In this document: piece after piece, positions 8,818 to 18,859 of the stretch | Layout of the letters: every line of letters starts with the position of its first letter | Numbering within the stretch: position 1 is the first letter of the stretch | Source of the DNA: an uncultured delta proteobacterium | GTDB lineage: Bacteria > Desulfobacterota > DSM-4660 > Desulfatiglandales > HGW-15 | Length of the DNA: 64,000 nucleotides | Direction: 5' to 3' | NCBI GenBank assembly: GCA_963740905.1 | Contig: CAVUFY010000013.1 | Location: 264,147-328,146, forward strand | Made by a program: the position numbers and the translations under genes | The notes under the pieces: model-generated | The model's database searches: none | What the model was told of the DNA's origin: nothing | Seen by the model: only the letters and a program-made list of their open reading frames with translations

Positions 8818-9768
8818 ATGGCCAAAGACATTTGTCAACGGTCACTGGAAATGGACGATTTTCTTGCATTCCCCTCAAAAAAGCTTTACACGAGACCTAT
8901 GGAAGATGCGCTGGCGAAGATCATTCGAAGCAAAGCAAGAAGATTTGAGGATCCCGCAGGCCGCCAAGTGGACGTCCTTGATGAGCATGAGGCGCTGGAG
9001 ATAGGTCGGGCTTGCGATTCTTCCCTCCGCGAGATTTACAGGCAAGCCCTCCGCCTCGGCCTCTGTCCCTGTCGATACGTGAGGAACAGACAGATCCTTT
9101 CCCTCCAGGAACAACTGAAGCTGGCCGAGTCACGAGTAACGGTGGTGGGCGCCGGGGGGCTTGGAGGTTCTGTCCTGTCTTTGCTGGCCCGGGTGGGAGT
9201 GGGTCACCTCGTGGTGGTAGACAGTGATGCTTTCGATGAGACGAATTTGAATCGCCAAGCCTTTTGCCACGTTGAGAACCTGGGAAAGCTCAAGGCCCAA
9301 GAAGCGCGCAGCCAGATGAAACGCATCAACCCGGGCGTGGAGGTCACGGCCCACGCAACTCTCTTTGATGATTCCAACGGGAGGGAGATCCTCACCGGTT
9401 CTCAGGTCGCCGTCGACGCCCTTGACAATGTGGAGAGTCGTCTGGTCCTGGAAAAGATTGCCCGGAGTCTCTGTATCCCTCTGGTCCATGGAGCTCTGGC
9501 AGGTTTCGAGGGGCAGGTTATGACCATATTTCCCGGAGACACCGGACTGCGGCAAATCTATGGAGATGGAAGAAAAGAAACCGATGCTTTTGCGCGGCCA
9601 GAGGCGATTCTCGGGGTACCCGGGATTACGCCTTCCCTCGTCGCCGCCTTTCAGGCCATGGAAGTTCTCAAGATCCTGTTGAACCGGGGAAGCGTCTTCA
9701 GGAACACAATGGCCTACGTGGATCTTGAAAGCGGCGAAATCAGTCGTTTTAGTTTTAGTGAAGAGTGA
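8818..9768 (+). CDS. ThiF/MoeB/HesA-family adenylyltransferase with an N-terminal extension
   Basis: VTVVGAGGLGGSVLSLLARVGVGHLVVVDSDAFDETNLNRQ is the E1-like nucleotide-binding motif. The start is uncertain (8791, 8818 or later). Confidence 0.8.
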   Translation: MAKDICQRSLEMDDFLAFPSKKLYTRPMEDALAKIIRSKARRFEDPAGRQVDVLDEHEALEIGRACDSSLREIYRQALRLGLCPCRYVRNRQILSLQEQLKLAESRVTVVGAGGLGGSVLSLLARVGVGHLVVVDSDAFDETNLNRQAFCHVENLGKLKAQEARSQMKRINPGVEVTAHATLFDDSNGREILTGSQVAVDALDNVESRLVLEKIARSLCIPLVHGALAGFEGQVMTIFPGDTGLRQIYGDGRKETDAFARPEAILGVPGITPSLVAAFQAMEVLKILLNRGSVFRNTMAYVDLESGEISRFSFSEE

Positions 9769-9800
9769 GCCAAGCTGACTCTTAAAGAGCCGTCAAAGCG

Positions 9801-10511
9801 ATGATCATGCGTGTGACAAGGACGTGCTGCCTTCATGGAGCCAGAGAAGCTTCCGGCCTGGCGGTGATCATCGATGTCTTCAGGGCTTTTTCCTGCCAGC
9901 CCCTGCTTTTTCATTTCGGTGCAGGGAAAGTCATCCTTGAAGATGATCCATTCAAGGCCAGGGGACTGAAAAGGGAGCATCCCGAGTACGTGCTCATCGG
10001 TGAAGTCAACGAAGTTCCCATTGAGGGATCGGATCTGGGAAACTCTCCATCGGAAATCATCCTCAGAGGAGAGACCTTCTTCAAGGGGAAGACTATTGTT
10101 CACCGGACCACGGCCGGCGTCACGGGAGCCGTAGCCGCTTTGGAGAACGCCGATGAAGTCCTCCTTGGAAGCTTCATGACGGCAAAATCGCTGGCAGCTT
10201 ATATCAACAGGAAACAGCCGGCCCATGTCACTCTAGTCGCCATGGGCGAGCGGGGGGAACGTAAAGCCCCTGAAGATGAGGCGTGCGCAGATTATCTGGA
10301 GCACCTTCTCTTCCAAAAGCCCTTTGACCCTGTCCAGTCCCTCAAGGAGATGGTCTTTCAGCCGACGGCACAGAAATTCATCACGGGACTCAAGCCTTAC
10401 CTTCCGAGAGAAGACCCCCTGTTCTGTCTTCAACGAGACCTGTTCGACTTTGTTCTTTCCGTTAAAAGGGAAGGTAGCCTTTTGACGGTCGTCAAAGTAG
10501 ATCCTCTCTAA
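9801..10511 (+). CDS. comB: 2-phosphosulfolactate phosphatase family protein (ComB-like)
   Basis: VIIDVFRAFS...HRTTAGVTG...VTLVAMGERGE pattern and ComB-family length. Confidence 0.7.
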   Translation: MIMRVTRTCCLHGAREASGLAVIIDVFRAFSCQPLLFHFGAGKVILEDDPFKARGLKREHPEYVLIGEVNEVPIEGSDLGNSPSEIILRGETFFKGKTIVHRTTAGVTGAVAALENADEVLLGSFMTAKSLAAYINRKQPAHVTLVAMGERGERKAPEDEACADYLEHLLFQKPFDPVQSLKEMVFQPTAQKFITGLKPYLPREDPLFCLQRDLFDFVLSVKREGSLLTVVKVDPL

Positions 10512-11893
10512 TGGAGATGGTAGGCTTTGATCTTGGCGATGAGCTTGGGTCGGCTGATCTCCAGGATCCTGGCCGCCTGGGTGCGATTGCCGCCTGTGCG
10601 TTCAAGAGCTTTCTTGATAAGATCTCTTTCCATCCATTTTGAAGCCATGCGGATCGAGAGACTGCCCTCGGGAAACTGGCCCGGAGGAAAGGCATGATCG
10701 GAGGTGCTATGGGTTATGATGTGGCTTGGAAGATCCTCGGGCGTGATCCACCGGCCTCTGGCAAGCAGAAGAGCTCGTTCAATCACATTCTCAAGCTCTC
10801 TGATATTACCCGGCCAGGAATATCCCATCAGGATGGGCATGGCTTCAGAAGAGAGCCCTTCAATGTCCTTCTGCAACTTCTTGTTAAACATGTCGATGAA
10901 GTATCCGACCAGGAGGGGGATATCTCCCCGTCTCTCTCTCAAGGGAGGCAAGTGGATGGACATCACATTGATCCGGTAGAAAAGGTCTTCCCGGAATCGC
11001 CCGTCGGCAACCTCCTTGTTCAGATCCTTTGACGTGGCAGCGATCACCCGGGCATCAATTTTCCTGGTCCCCACACCTCCCAGGGGCGTGATCTCCTCTT
11101 CCTGGAGCACCCGGAGCAGTTTCACTTGCAGGGGAAGGGGGAGTTCCCCGATCTCATCGAGGAGAATCGTCCCGCCGTCCGCCTCATCAAAGCGACCGGG
11201 CTTGTCCTTCACAGCATCGGTAAAAGCGCCGCGTTTGTAACCGAACAATTCACTTTCCAGAAGATTCTCCGGTATCCCTCCGCAGTTGATGGACACCATG
11301 GGCTTGCTCCCTCTGCGACCGTTGTGGTGGATCGCCCTGGCAATCAGATCTTTGCCTGTTCCACTCTCTCCGGTGATGAGAACTGTGGTCTTGTGATCCG
11401 CCACCTTCTCTACCAGGTCAAAAACGTGGCGCATGGCCTCACTGCGAGCCACAATGTTTCCGAAAGAGTACCTCTGCTCGATTTTATCGATCCTCTTCTG
11501 GAGATTGATGTTCTCCTCCTTGAGACGCTCCCGTTCCTCGGCCTTTTTCAGGGTGAGCAGGACCTCGTCGGTCTTAAAAGGCTTGGAGATGTAATCATAG
11601 GCTCCGATTTTCATCGCTTCTACGGCATCGTCGATGTTTCCGTAAGCAGACATCATAATAAACGTTTTTTCCGCGAATCTTTCCCTGGCCTGCCTCAGAA
11701 AGGTCATCCCGTCCATCTTCGGCATCTTGAGGTCGCACAGGACAAAGTCGAAGTCGCCCTGGCCGATCTTCTCCAGGCCTTCCACCCCGTCGCCTGCCGT
11801 TTCGACCGAGTAGCCGGCCTTGCCCAGCATGATCTGAAGCATGTGCCGCATATTTGTTTCATCATCAATGACCAAGACACGGTGGCCGGACAT
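10508..11893 (-). CDS. sigma54-dependent response regulator (NtrC/PilR type: REC-AAA+-HTH)
   Basis: REC domain (VLVIDDE...DLKMPKMDG), AAA+ Walker A (GESGTGKD), GAFTDA loop, and a C-terminal Fis-type HTH (QAARILEISR). The ATG at 11893 is preceded by AAGGAG. Confidence 0.92.
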   Translation of the reverse strand: MSGHRVLVIDDETNMRHMLQIMLGKAGYSVETAGDGVEGLEKIGQGDFDFVLCDLKMPKMDGMTFLRQARERFAEKTFIMMSAYGNIDDAVEAMKIGAYDYISKPFKTDEVLLTLKKAEERERLKEENINLQKRIDKIEQRYSFGNIVARSEAMRHVFDLVEKVADHKTTVLITGESGTGKDLIARAIHHNGRRGSKPMVSINCGGIPENLLESELFGYKRGAFTDAVKDKPGRFDEADGGTILLDEIGELPLPLQVKLLRVLQEEEITPLGGVGTRKIDARVIAATSKDLNKEVADGRFREDLFYRINVMSIHLPPLRERRGDIPLLVGYFIDMFNKKLQKDIEGLSSEAMPILMGYSWPGNIRELENVIERALLLARGRWITPEDLPSHIITHSTSDHAFPPGQFPEGSLSIRMASKWMERDLIKKALERTGGNRTQAARILEISRPKLIAKIKAYHLH

Positions 11894-11898
11894 GAGCA

Positions 11899-13452
11899 CT
11901 ACTCCTTCTTTTCCTCTTGTTGCCTCTTCACATGAGGGATGATCAATATGATGGTCGTACCCTGGCCGACGACGCTTTCCGCTTTGATGGTTCCGCCCAG
12001 GCTCTCGACAATTCTATAGCAAACCGAAAGGCCCAGGCCTGTGCCCTTCCCAGGTTCTTTGGTGGTGTAAAAGGGATCGAATATGCGGGTCAGTTCATTT
12101 TTGGGGATGCCGGGTCCGTTGTCACTGAATGCCAGTCGAATGTTTCCGTCCTGGTCTTCGGTCCTGATTGTCAGCATCTTGGACCCCTCACTTCCCTCGG
12201 AAAGAGCATCTGCGGAGTTCATGATAAGGTTCAGGAAAACCTGCTGGAGGCGATTGGTGTCCGCCAGGACCACATCATAACGCGCCGTCAGATCGAGCCG
12301 CGTGGTGACGTCCTCCATCATAGGCTGATGATCGAGCATGTTCACGGTATTCTGCAAGGCTTCATGAACATGAGTTTCTATCAACTCCCCTGAAGACGGT
12401 CGCGAGAAGTCCAGCAGCTCTCTAATGATCCGGCTCACTCTTGTGATTTCCGACTCGATCCGGCCGAGGAAATCCCTTTTTTCTTCTTCCATCATGCCCC
12501 CAGAATTCAAGAGCTCCAGATAACCGAGGATGATGCCGATGGGATTCCCTATCTCATGGGCGACTCCGGCAGCGAGACGCCCCACTGATGCCAGCTTCTC
12601 CGATCGAATGATCTCATCCTGTGCCTGCTGAAGTCCTCTATTCGCCTTTTCGAGTGACGCAATGTGATCCCTCAGTTCCTTCTTGTTTTCCTCCAGACGC
12701 CTGAGCATGTTCTGGAGAGATCTAGAGAGTTCTCCGATCTCATTCCTCGATGCTTCCTCCACCGTGGGCACCGCATCGCCGTCCTTATATCCGGCGGTCA
12801 GTCGGAGCAGCTGGTGGATGGGTTTGACCACGATCCGGGAGAGGAGCACAAGGCCCACCATGACCAGGATCAGAGTGTCGAGTAAGATGTAGAGAAGGAT
12901 CACTTTCTCGGAATTCCGCAGAGTCTCATACAGGGGAACCAGAGAGCAGGACAGACTCATGCCGCCACGCACACGGCCTTCAAAAGAAAGGGGCGCAAAA
13001 ATCCACAGATCACTCTTGCTCAGCCAGATGACCCCCCACGTGGTGCCGGTAAAATAATGAGACGACATTCCTGTGGCGGCCGCCTCCCTTGCTCCTGACA
13101 AGGCATATTCCTCGGCTTCCCCGGCTGGACTGGTGGCAAAAATCTTGTTGCCTTCCCGATCAACGATCAAAGCATTGGAGAAGCCTGCTTCGGCGAGCAG
13201 GCGCATTACGGAGGTGTGGAAGGAAGCATCCGTGTCCGGCAAGGGCGACTTTTTCATCCCATCCGGAAAGTGGTAATCAAAGCTCTGTTCAAAAGCTCGG
13301 GCGAGTAAGCCTCCGGATTGGAGTCTGGCCCCAATGAGATCCTTTTCGGCAAGCTTAACCATGACCACGTTGATGAGGAGCATGGCGGCGAGGATGAGGA
13401 AAGTGAGCTGCGCAAGTATTCCGGTCCTTAAGCTGTCTACTGGAATCCTCAA
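11899..13452 (-). CDS. Membrane sensor histidine kinase (HAMP-HisKA-HATPase)
   Basis: H-box VAHEIGNPI and G-boxes DNGPGI / GTGLGLS. The long ORF (to 13797) overlaps pilD, so the real start is probably the TTG at 13452 (TTGA overlap with the pilD stop) or a Met near 13386. Confidence 0.85.
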   Translation of the reverse strand: MRIPVDSLRTGILAQLTFLILAAMLLINVVMVKLAEKDLIGARLQSGGLLARAFEQSFDYHFPDGMKKSPLPDTDASFHTSVMRLLAEAGFSNALIVDREGNKIFATSPAGEAEEYALSGAREAAATGMSSHYFTGTTWGVIWLSKSDLWIFAPLSFEGRVRGGMSLSCSLVPLYETLRNSEKVILLYILLDTLILVMVGLVLLSRIVVKPIHQLLRLTAGYKDGDAVPTVEEASRNEIGELSRSLQNMLRRLEENKKELRDHIASLEKANRGLQQAQDEIIRSEKLASVGRLAAGVAHEIGNPIGIILGYLELLNSGGMMEEEKRDFLGRIESEITRVSRIIRELLDFSRPSSGELIETHVHEALQNTVNMLDHQPMMEDVTTRLDLTARYDVVLADTNRLQQVFLNLIMNSADALSEGSEGSKMLTIRTEDQDGNIRLAFSDNGPGIPKNELTRIFDPFYTTKEPGKGTGLGLSVCYRIVESLGGTIKAESVVGQGTTIILIIPHVKRQQEEKKE

Positions 13453-14234
13453 AATGGGCCTCCAGGCCTGCCCAGTTGGTTGAACCAGTATACGAGTTGG
13501 TTCCCAAAGAGCAAATAGATCAGAGTCCCGAGAGAAAGGAAGGGGCCGAAGGGGATTTTCGTTCTCGCTCCTTGACGGCTTATTAACAGGACAGCGCCGC
13601 CTAGAAGGCTCCCTGATAGCGAAGAGAGGAGGATGATGAACGGCAAAGCCTTCCAGCCTACCCAAGCTCCGATCATGGCCAGCATCTTGACATCTCCCAT
13701 GCCCATGCCTTCGCGACCCGTCATCTTTTCGAAAAAGATCGCAACCAGAAGAAGAAAGCCTCCGCCTCCGACAATACCGATCAGGGAATCCAACCACGAC
13801 AACGGTGCTGAAGGGACCAGGGAAAAGGCAAATCCTACCACAATACCCGGGAGAGAGACGACATCGGGGATGACTTTATGGTGGAAATCAATGAAAGCCA
13901 TGGTGATCAGTGAACCGGCGAAAAGCATGAAAAGAACGTATTCCAGTGTCGGACCCAGCTTGAGAAGCAAAGCAACGCTGATCAAACCTGTAGTCATTTC
14001 CACCAGGGGGTATTGGAGAGAGATCGGGTGACCGCAACGCCTGCACCTGCCTCGAAGGAGAAGATAGCTGAGGACGGGAATATTGTCGTAAAACTTGATT
14101 CGTTCTTCGCACCGAGGGCAGCTAGAGGGAGGAGAGACGATCGACTTTCTGATGGGGATGCGATAGATACACACGTTGAGGAAGCTCCCAAGAGCCAACC
14201 CGAAAAGACACGCAAAAACAATCGCTACCGTCAT
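13449..14234 (-). CDS. pilD: Prepilin peptidase / N-methyltransferase (A24 family)
   Basis: CPRCEERIKFYDNIPVLSYLLLRGRCRRCGHPIS plus polytopic A24 helices and GMGDVK. Confidence 0.9.
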   Translation of the reverse strand: MTVAIVFACLFGLALGSFLNVCIYRIPIRKSIVSPPSSCPRCEERIKFYDNIPVLSYLLLRGRCRRCGHPISLQYPLVEMTTGLISVALLLKLGPTLEYVLFMLFAGSLITMAFIDFHHKVIPDVVSLPGIVVGFAFSLVPSAPLSWLDSLIGIVGGGGFLLLVAIFFEKMTGREGMGMGDVKMLAMIGAWVGWKALPFIILLSSLSGSLLGGAVLLISRQGARTKIPFGPFLSLGTLIYLLFGNQLVYWFNQLGRPGGPF

Positions 14235-14465
14235 CTCAAGAGCCTCGCCTCAGAATTTTTTCTATCAAGCCCCATTCGTTCTCCCGCTCCTTCCCGTGCA
14301 CCGGCTATGTCCCAATCTCTCTTCGTTTCCTCATTTTGAAAGAGACCCACACCACGACCCCCACAATCCGCACTCCCTGGTGTCCAGGAACCCCACACGG
14401 TATTAGTCAGTTCATGGACAGGAGGGATTGACAACAGGTCCGAATTGGGGCAACATCTCTTTATT

Positions 14466-15056
14466 ATGATCCTTTCCATCAACCCTGAAAATCCGCAGAA
14501 GCGCCTGCTGCAGAGAGTCTGCGACACTCTGGAGCAAGGAGGGGTAATCGCCTACCCCACTGACAGCTTTTACGGGATAGGCTGTGACCTCATGAACAAA
14601 AAGGGCATCCAGCTGATTCATAAACTTAAAAACCGTCCCCTCAAACGACCCTTTTCCATCATTTGTGACAGTCTCAAGGAGATCAGTCAGTATGCCCAAG
14701 TTTCTAACTACGCGTACAAGACCATGAAACGGTGCCTTCCGGGCCCCTACACCTTCATTCTTGAAGCCAGTCAACTGGTGCCAAAAATCATGCTTACAAA
14801 AAGAAGAACCGTCGGCATCCGAGTGCCCGACAACAAGATCTGCCTCGGGATCGTTAAAACCCTCGGTCGCCCCGTCATCAGCACGAGCGCCGGTTATGAC
14901 GATCCATACGCCATCGAAGACGCCTATGCGCCTCATCTCGATGTGGTTGTAGATGGCGGGGTGGTGTATCCTGATCCATCCAGCGTGATCTCCCTGATAG
15001 GGGATATTCCGGAGGTCGTTCGTGAAGGGAAGGGAGATGTCAGTTTATTTCGCTGA
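14466..15056 (+). CDS. tsaC: L-threonylcarbamoyladenylate synthase (YrdC/TsaC family)
   Basis: GGVIAYPTDSFYGIGCDL...PGPYTFIL...VGIRVPD. Confidence 0.85.
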   Translation: MILSINPENPQKRLLQRVCDTLEQGGVIAYPTDSFYGIGCDLMNKKGIQLIHKLKNRPLKRPFSIICDSLKEISQYAQVSNYAYKTMKRCLPGPYTFILEASQLVPKIMLTKRRTVGIRVPDNKICLGIVKTLGRPVISTSAGYDDPYAIEDAYAPHLDVVVDGGVVYPDPSSVISLIGDIPEVVREGKGDVSLFR

Positions 15057-15066
15057 TGGTAATCTT

Positions 15067-15969
15067 CTAGTAGGGAAGGCCATCCCATCGATATTCAACC
15101 CGCGTATCCGCGATGTTCCTCAGCGCCCGGGAAAGGGCATGAGAACCACCCTCGAATAGGAGATCCCAGAGCCTGGTCCTGGCTTTCTTCGGATAGACCA
15201 GGGTGACTTCACCCTTTATACCCACCATAGTTTTCGCCAATTCTACTGCGTCTTCGAAGTTGCCAAGCTCATCCACCAGCCCCAATTCTTTGCCTTGAGA
15301 CCCGGAGATGATGCGGCCGTCGGCGATGTCACGCACCTTTTCCAAGGGCAGATTCCTGCCTTGCGCCACCGCCTCCACGAACTGTTTCTGGATGTCGAAA
15401 ATCAGCTTCTGGACCAGTTCCCTGTCTGGCTCCGTCAATTTTCTGAAAGGTGACCCCATGTCCTTGAATTGACCGCTCTTAAGGACTTCCATCTCCACTC
15501 CAATTTTCTGCATCAACTCCTGGAGCCGGACAAACTCCATGAGTACGCCGATGCTTCCGGTCAGAGTCCCCGGACTTGCGACAATCTTGTCGGCGGCCGA
15601 CGCGATATAATATCCTCCGGATGCGGCAACGCTGCCCATGGAGACGACCACCCTTTTCTTTTCTATGGTCTTTCGGATCTCGCGATAGATTTCTTGGGAA
15701 GGCGCGACCCCTCCACCCGGAGAATTGACTCTCAGAATGATCGCCCTGATTCCTCTGTCCTTTCCAAATTCCACCAATTGAGAGACGACTGTTTCCGATT
15801 CGGTGATAGCGCCTTCGACAGGAATGACGCCGATCTTTTCCTTCAGAGAAAGGGTACCGGTAGGTCCTGCAAGCGAAAAAATCAGGGTGATCACCAGACC
15901 CAAAACCAGGACAGCTATCCCCAGTATGGCAGCAACCACCAATATAGGATGGGGCTTTCCTTTCATCAC
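15067..15969 (-). CDS. sppA: Signal peptide peptidase SppA (36K type)
   Basis: N-terminal TM helix, then VNSPGGGV...GSVAASGGYYIASAADKIVA. Confidence 0.88.
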   Translation of the reverse strand: MMKGKPHPILVVAAILGIAVLVLGLVITLIFSLAGPTGTLSLKEKIGVIPVEGAITESETVVSQLVEFGKDRGIRAIILRVNSPGGGVAPSQEIYREIRKTIEKKRVVVSMGSVAASGGYYIASAADKIVASPGTLTGSIGVLMEFVRLQELMQKIGVEMEVLKSGQFKDMGSPFRKLTEPDRELVQKLIFDIQKQFVEAVAQGRNLPLEKVRDIADGRIISGSQGKELGLVDELGNFEDAVELAKTMVGIKGEVTLVYPKKARTRLWDLLFEGGSHALSRALRNIADTRVEYRWDGLPY

Positions 15970-15970
15970 T

Positions 15971-17824
15971 CTATTCGCGGGTCGTCGAACTCTCCTCCTG
16001 CAAAGCAGGACGCATCTCTTCGGGCGTTTTGTCCGTGGGCGAGCCCTGGGTTTCGCGGCCGAGCATTTCCTTTTTCAAAATTTCTCCCAGGTTGGAGGTG
16101 GCGCCGTTTCGGCTTTCCAGGTAGCTCTTGTAAATTTCTCTTTCCTCGGTTTCCTCCAGCCTCTTAATGGAAAGCCCGATTTTCTTTTCGCCTCGGGAGA
16201 CGTTGATTACCTTCGCTTGAATCACGTCATCGACATTGAATCGGCTCAGGGGGTTGCCTCCCTTCTCTTTGGATAATTCAGAGACATGAATCAGGCCTTC
16301 GATTCCTTCCTCTAGCTCCACAAAGATCCCGAAGTCAGTGATGTTTGTGACGGTTCCTGTTACCCTGGTTCCCGGCTTATACCTGTTCGGGACTTCGTCC
16401 CACGGATCCTGCGCGAGTTGTTTAATGCCTAGTGAGAAGCGTTCATTCCCCTTGTCGATATTGAGCACCACTGCTTGCACCACCTGGCCTTTTTTAAACA
16501 ACTCCGAAGGATGCTTGATTCGTTTGGTCCAGGAAATGTCAGAGATATGAACAAGCCCGTCTATGCCTTCATCGATTCCGATGAAAATGCCGAAGTCCGT
16601 GATGTTCTTGATCCTGCCTTCGATCGTGGTACCCACGGGATATCTCCCTCCAATGATATCCCAGGGGTTCGGCTGGGTCTGCTTGAGCCCAAGGGAGATG
16701 CGTTTATTGGCTGTGTCGATGTTCATGACCATAGCCTCAACCTCTTCTCCCACCTTCACGATCTGAGAAGGATGCCTGATTTTCCTGGTCCACGACATCT
16801 CCGAGACATGGACGAGTCCTTCAATGCCTTCCTCCACTTCGACAAAAGCGCCATAATCCGCAAGGCTGACCACTTTCCCTTTCACCCGGCTGGATACCGG
16901 ATACTTCTCGTCGGCGTTGAGCCAGGGATCGGGTTTCAACTGCTTAAGACCCAAGGAGACCCTTCCCTTTTCTTGGTCATAATTCAAAACCATGACTCGA
17001 ATGGAATCACCGACCTTAAAAAGCTCCGACGGATGCCCCACACGGCCCCAGGACATGTCCGTGATGTGCAGAAGACCGTCAATTCCACCCAAATCGATGA
17101 ACAGGCCATACTCCGTTATATTCTTCACCGTCCCGTCCATGACCGCTCCCACGCTGAGGCAATCGAGCGTCTTTTCCCTTAGAGAAGCCCTTTCCGATTC
17201 CAGAATGGCCCTGCGCGACAGGACGATGTTTGCCCTCCGTTTGTTGTACTTAAGAATCTTGAACTCATGGTAGGCTCCGATGAAGGAGTCAAAATCCTTG
17301 ATGGGCTTCAGGTTGATTTGAGACCCGGGCAGGAAGGCCGGAAGGCCAATGTCTACGGACATGCCTCCTTTCACGCGAGCCACGATCTTTCCTCGGATCG
17401 TGCCCGCCTTTTCATAAATCTCTTTGATCTCATCCCATATCTTAATTTTTGCCGCCTTCTCTTTTGACAGGATGATGATGCCCTCGTCATCCTCTCTTCG
17501 TTCCAGGAGCACATCCACTTTGTCGCCTACCTTGGCCGTGATCTGGCCATCGGGGTCAACAAACTCAGCAATGGGAATCTGTCCTTCTGATTTATAACCG
17601 ATGTCAATGAGCACGAATTCTTTACCGACGTGTACGATTTCTCCGCAGACAAGTCCCCCTTCTTGGATACTCTTCAAACTCTCCTCGTAGAGTTCCATGA
17701 AGTTCTTGCCCTCCTTGCCGCCCCCCCCGACTGTCTCGGCGGTCGTGCTCTTGAGGTTCTCCTGTGGATCTCCCTGGATAAATACTTTGTTTTCGCCCGT
17801 TTTGTCTGATTGTTCGTTCATCAA
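15971..17824 (-). CDS. rpsA: 30S ribosomal protein S1
   Basis: Six tandem S1 domains (repeated G.V..I..FG.F..L..GI.GL.H.S.). Confidence 0.95.
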   Translation of the reverse strand: MMNEQSDKTGENKVFIQGDPQENLKSTTAETVGGGGKEGKNFMELYEESLKSIQEGGLVCGEIVHVGKEFVLIDIGYKSEGQIPIAEFVDPDGQITAKVGDKVDVLLERREDDEGIIILSKEKAAKIKIWDEIKEIYEKAGTIRGKIVARVKGGMSVDIGLPAFLPGSQINLKPIKDFDSFIGAYHEFKILKYNKRRANIVLSRRAILESERASLREKTLDCLSVGAVMDGTVKNITEYGLFIDLGGIDGLLHITDMSWGRVGHPSELFKVGDSIRVMVLNYDQEKGRVSLGLKQLKPDPWLNADEKYPVSSRVKGKVVSLADYGAFVEVEEGIEGLVHVSEMSWTRKIRHPSQIVKVGEEVEAMVMNIDTANKRISLGLKQTQPNPWDIIGGRYPVGTTIEGRIKNITDFGIFIGIDEGIDGLVHISDISWTKRIKHPSELFKKGQVVQAVVLNIDKGNERFSLGIKQLAQDPWDEVPNRYKPGTRVTGTVTNITDFGIFVELEEGIEGLIHVSELSKEKGGNPLSRFNVDDVIQAKVINVSRGEKKIGLSIKRLEETEEREIYKSYLESRNGATSNLGEILKKEMLGRETQGSPTDKTPEEMRPALQEESSTTRE

Positions 17825-17909
17825 CCTTTAACCCCCCTGTTGTTTTCTCCTCCCCTGACAGACCCTCGGACTTTAGTGCTTAACAAAAATTCCTGTAAAA
17901 TTCAACTTT

Positions 17910-18602
17910 TTACTCAGAAATTTTTGGTTCTTCCTGTCCATCCCCGATCGTTTTGAGCATGAGACGGACAACATGATCAGGAGACATAGAGGAGGTGTCG
18001 ATGATCATGGCATCCTTCGGGAGGCGGAGGGGGGCAATGGGACGGCTGGTATCCTGCTCGTCCCTCTGCGCGAGTTCCCTTTCTACATCCTCTTTGCGTA
18101 CCGACTCTCCACGGAGGATTCTCTCTCTGTACCTTCGCTCCGCCCTGACTTTCGCATCCGCAGTAAGAAAGAATTTGCATTCCGCCCCAGGGAAAACCAC
18201 CGTTCCCATGTCCCTTCCTTCCGCTACGATGCGTCCCTTGTTTCCCAACTCCCTCTGAAGTTCCGTCATTGCCTCTCGAACTTCTCTAATGGCTGAAATG
18301 GTTGATGAAAGCAGGTCCATTTCAGGGCTTCGTATGGCTGCTGAAATATCTTCTGCTCCGAGGTACAATCGGTTCTCATCCTCTTCCATCCGGAACCGAA
18401 GATTCATCGCTTTGCATAATCTTCCCAACCTCACTGTCTCTGCGGGGGTTACACCTTGTCGAAGAGATTGAAGCGCCACAGCCCGGTACATAGCTCCCGT
18501 GTCCAGGTATGAGTATCCGAGCCGCCTGGCGAGAAGACGGCTCACGGTAGTCTTGCCCGAGCCTGCGGGTCCGTCGATGGTAATGATTTTCTTAATACCC
18601 AT
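17910..18602 (-). CDS. cmk: Cytidylate kinase
   Basis: ITIDGPAGSGKTTVSRLLARRLGYSYLDTGAMYRA. Confidence 0.93.
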   Translation of the reverse strand: MGIKKIITIDGPAGSGKTTVSRLLARRLGYSYLDTGAMYRAVALQSLRQGVTPAETVRLGRLCKAMNLRFRMEEDENRLYLGAEDISAAIRSPEMDLLSSTISAIREVREAMTELQRELGNKGRIVAEGRDMGTVVFPGAECKFFLTADAKVRAERRYRERILRGESVRKEDVERELAQRDEQDTSRPIAPLRLPKDAMIIDTSSMSPDHVVRLMLKTIGDGQEEPKISE

Positions 18603-18859
18603 CGTTAGATTCTTAACCTATAAGCTTCTTGTATGTTGCCGAACGTTTGATTGCGGGCGGTAGCCTGCATTAGGACAAATCTGTGAGGAAAACGCCTCGC
18701 GACTCGTCGAGAGGAAAGTACTGTAAATCAAATGCAAGGAAATATCAAGCACCCTGCTTTTTAGAGCTTGACTTAACAGATTGGCTTTATTATGTTCTTA
18801 TGGTTCTGTCTTATGCAGACGGTCTTCCCGAAACCTCTTTATCTTTGGAGAGAAGGCCC

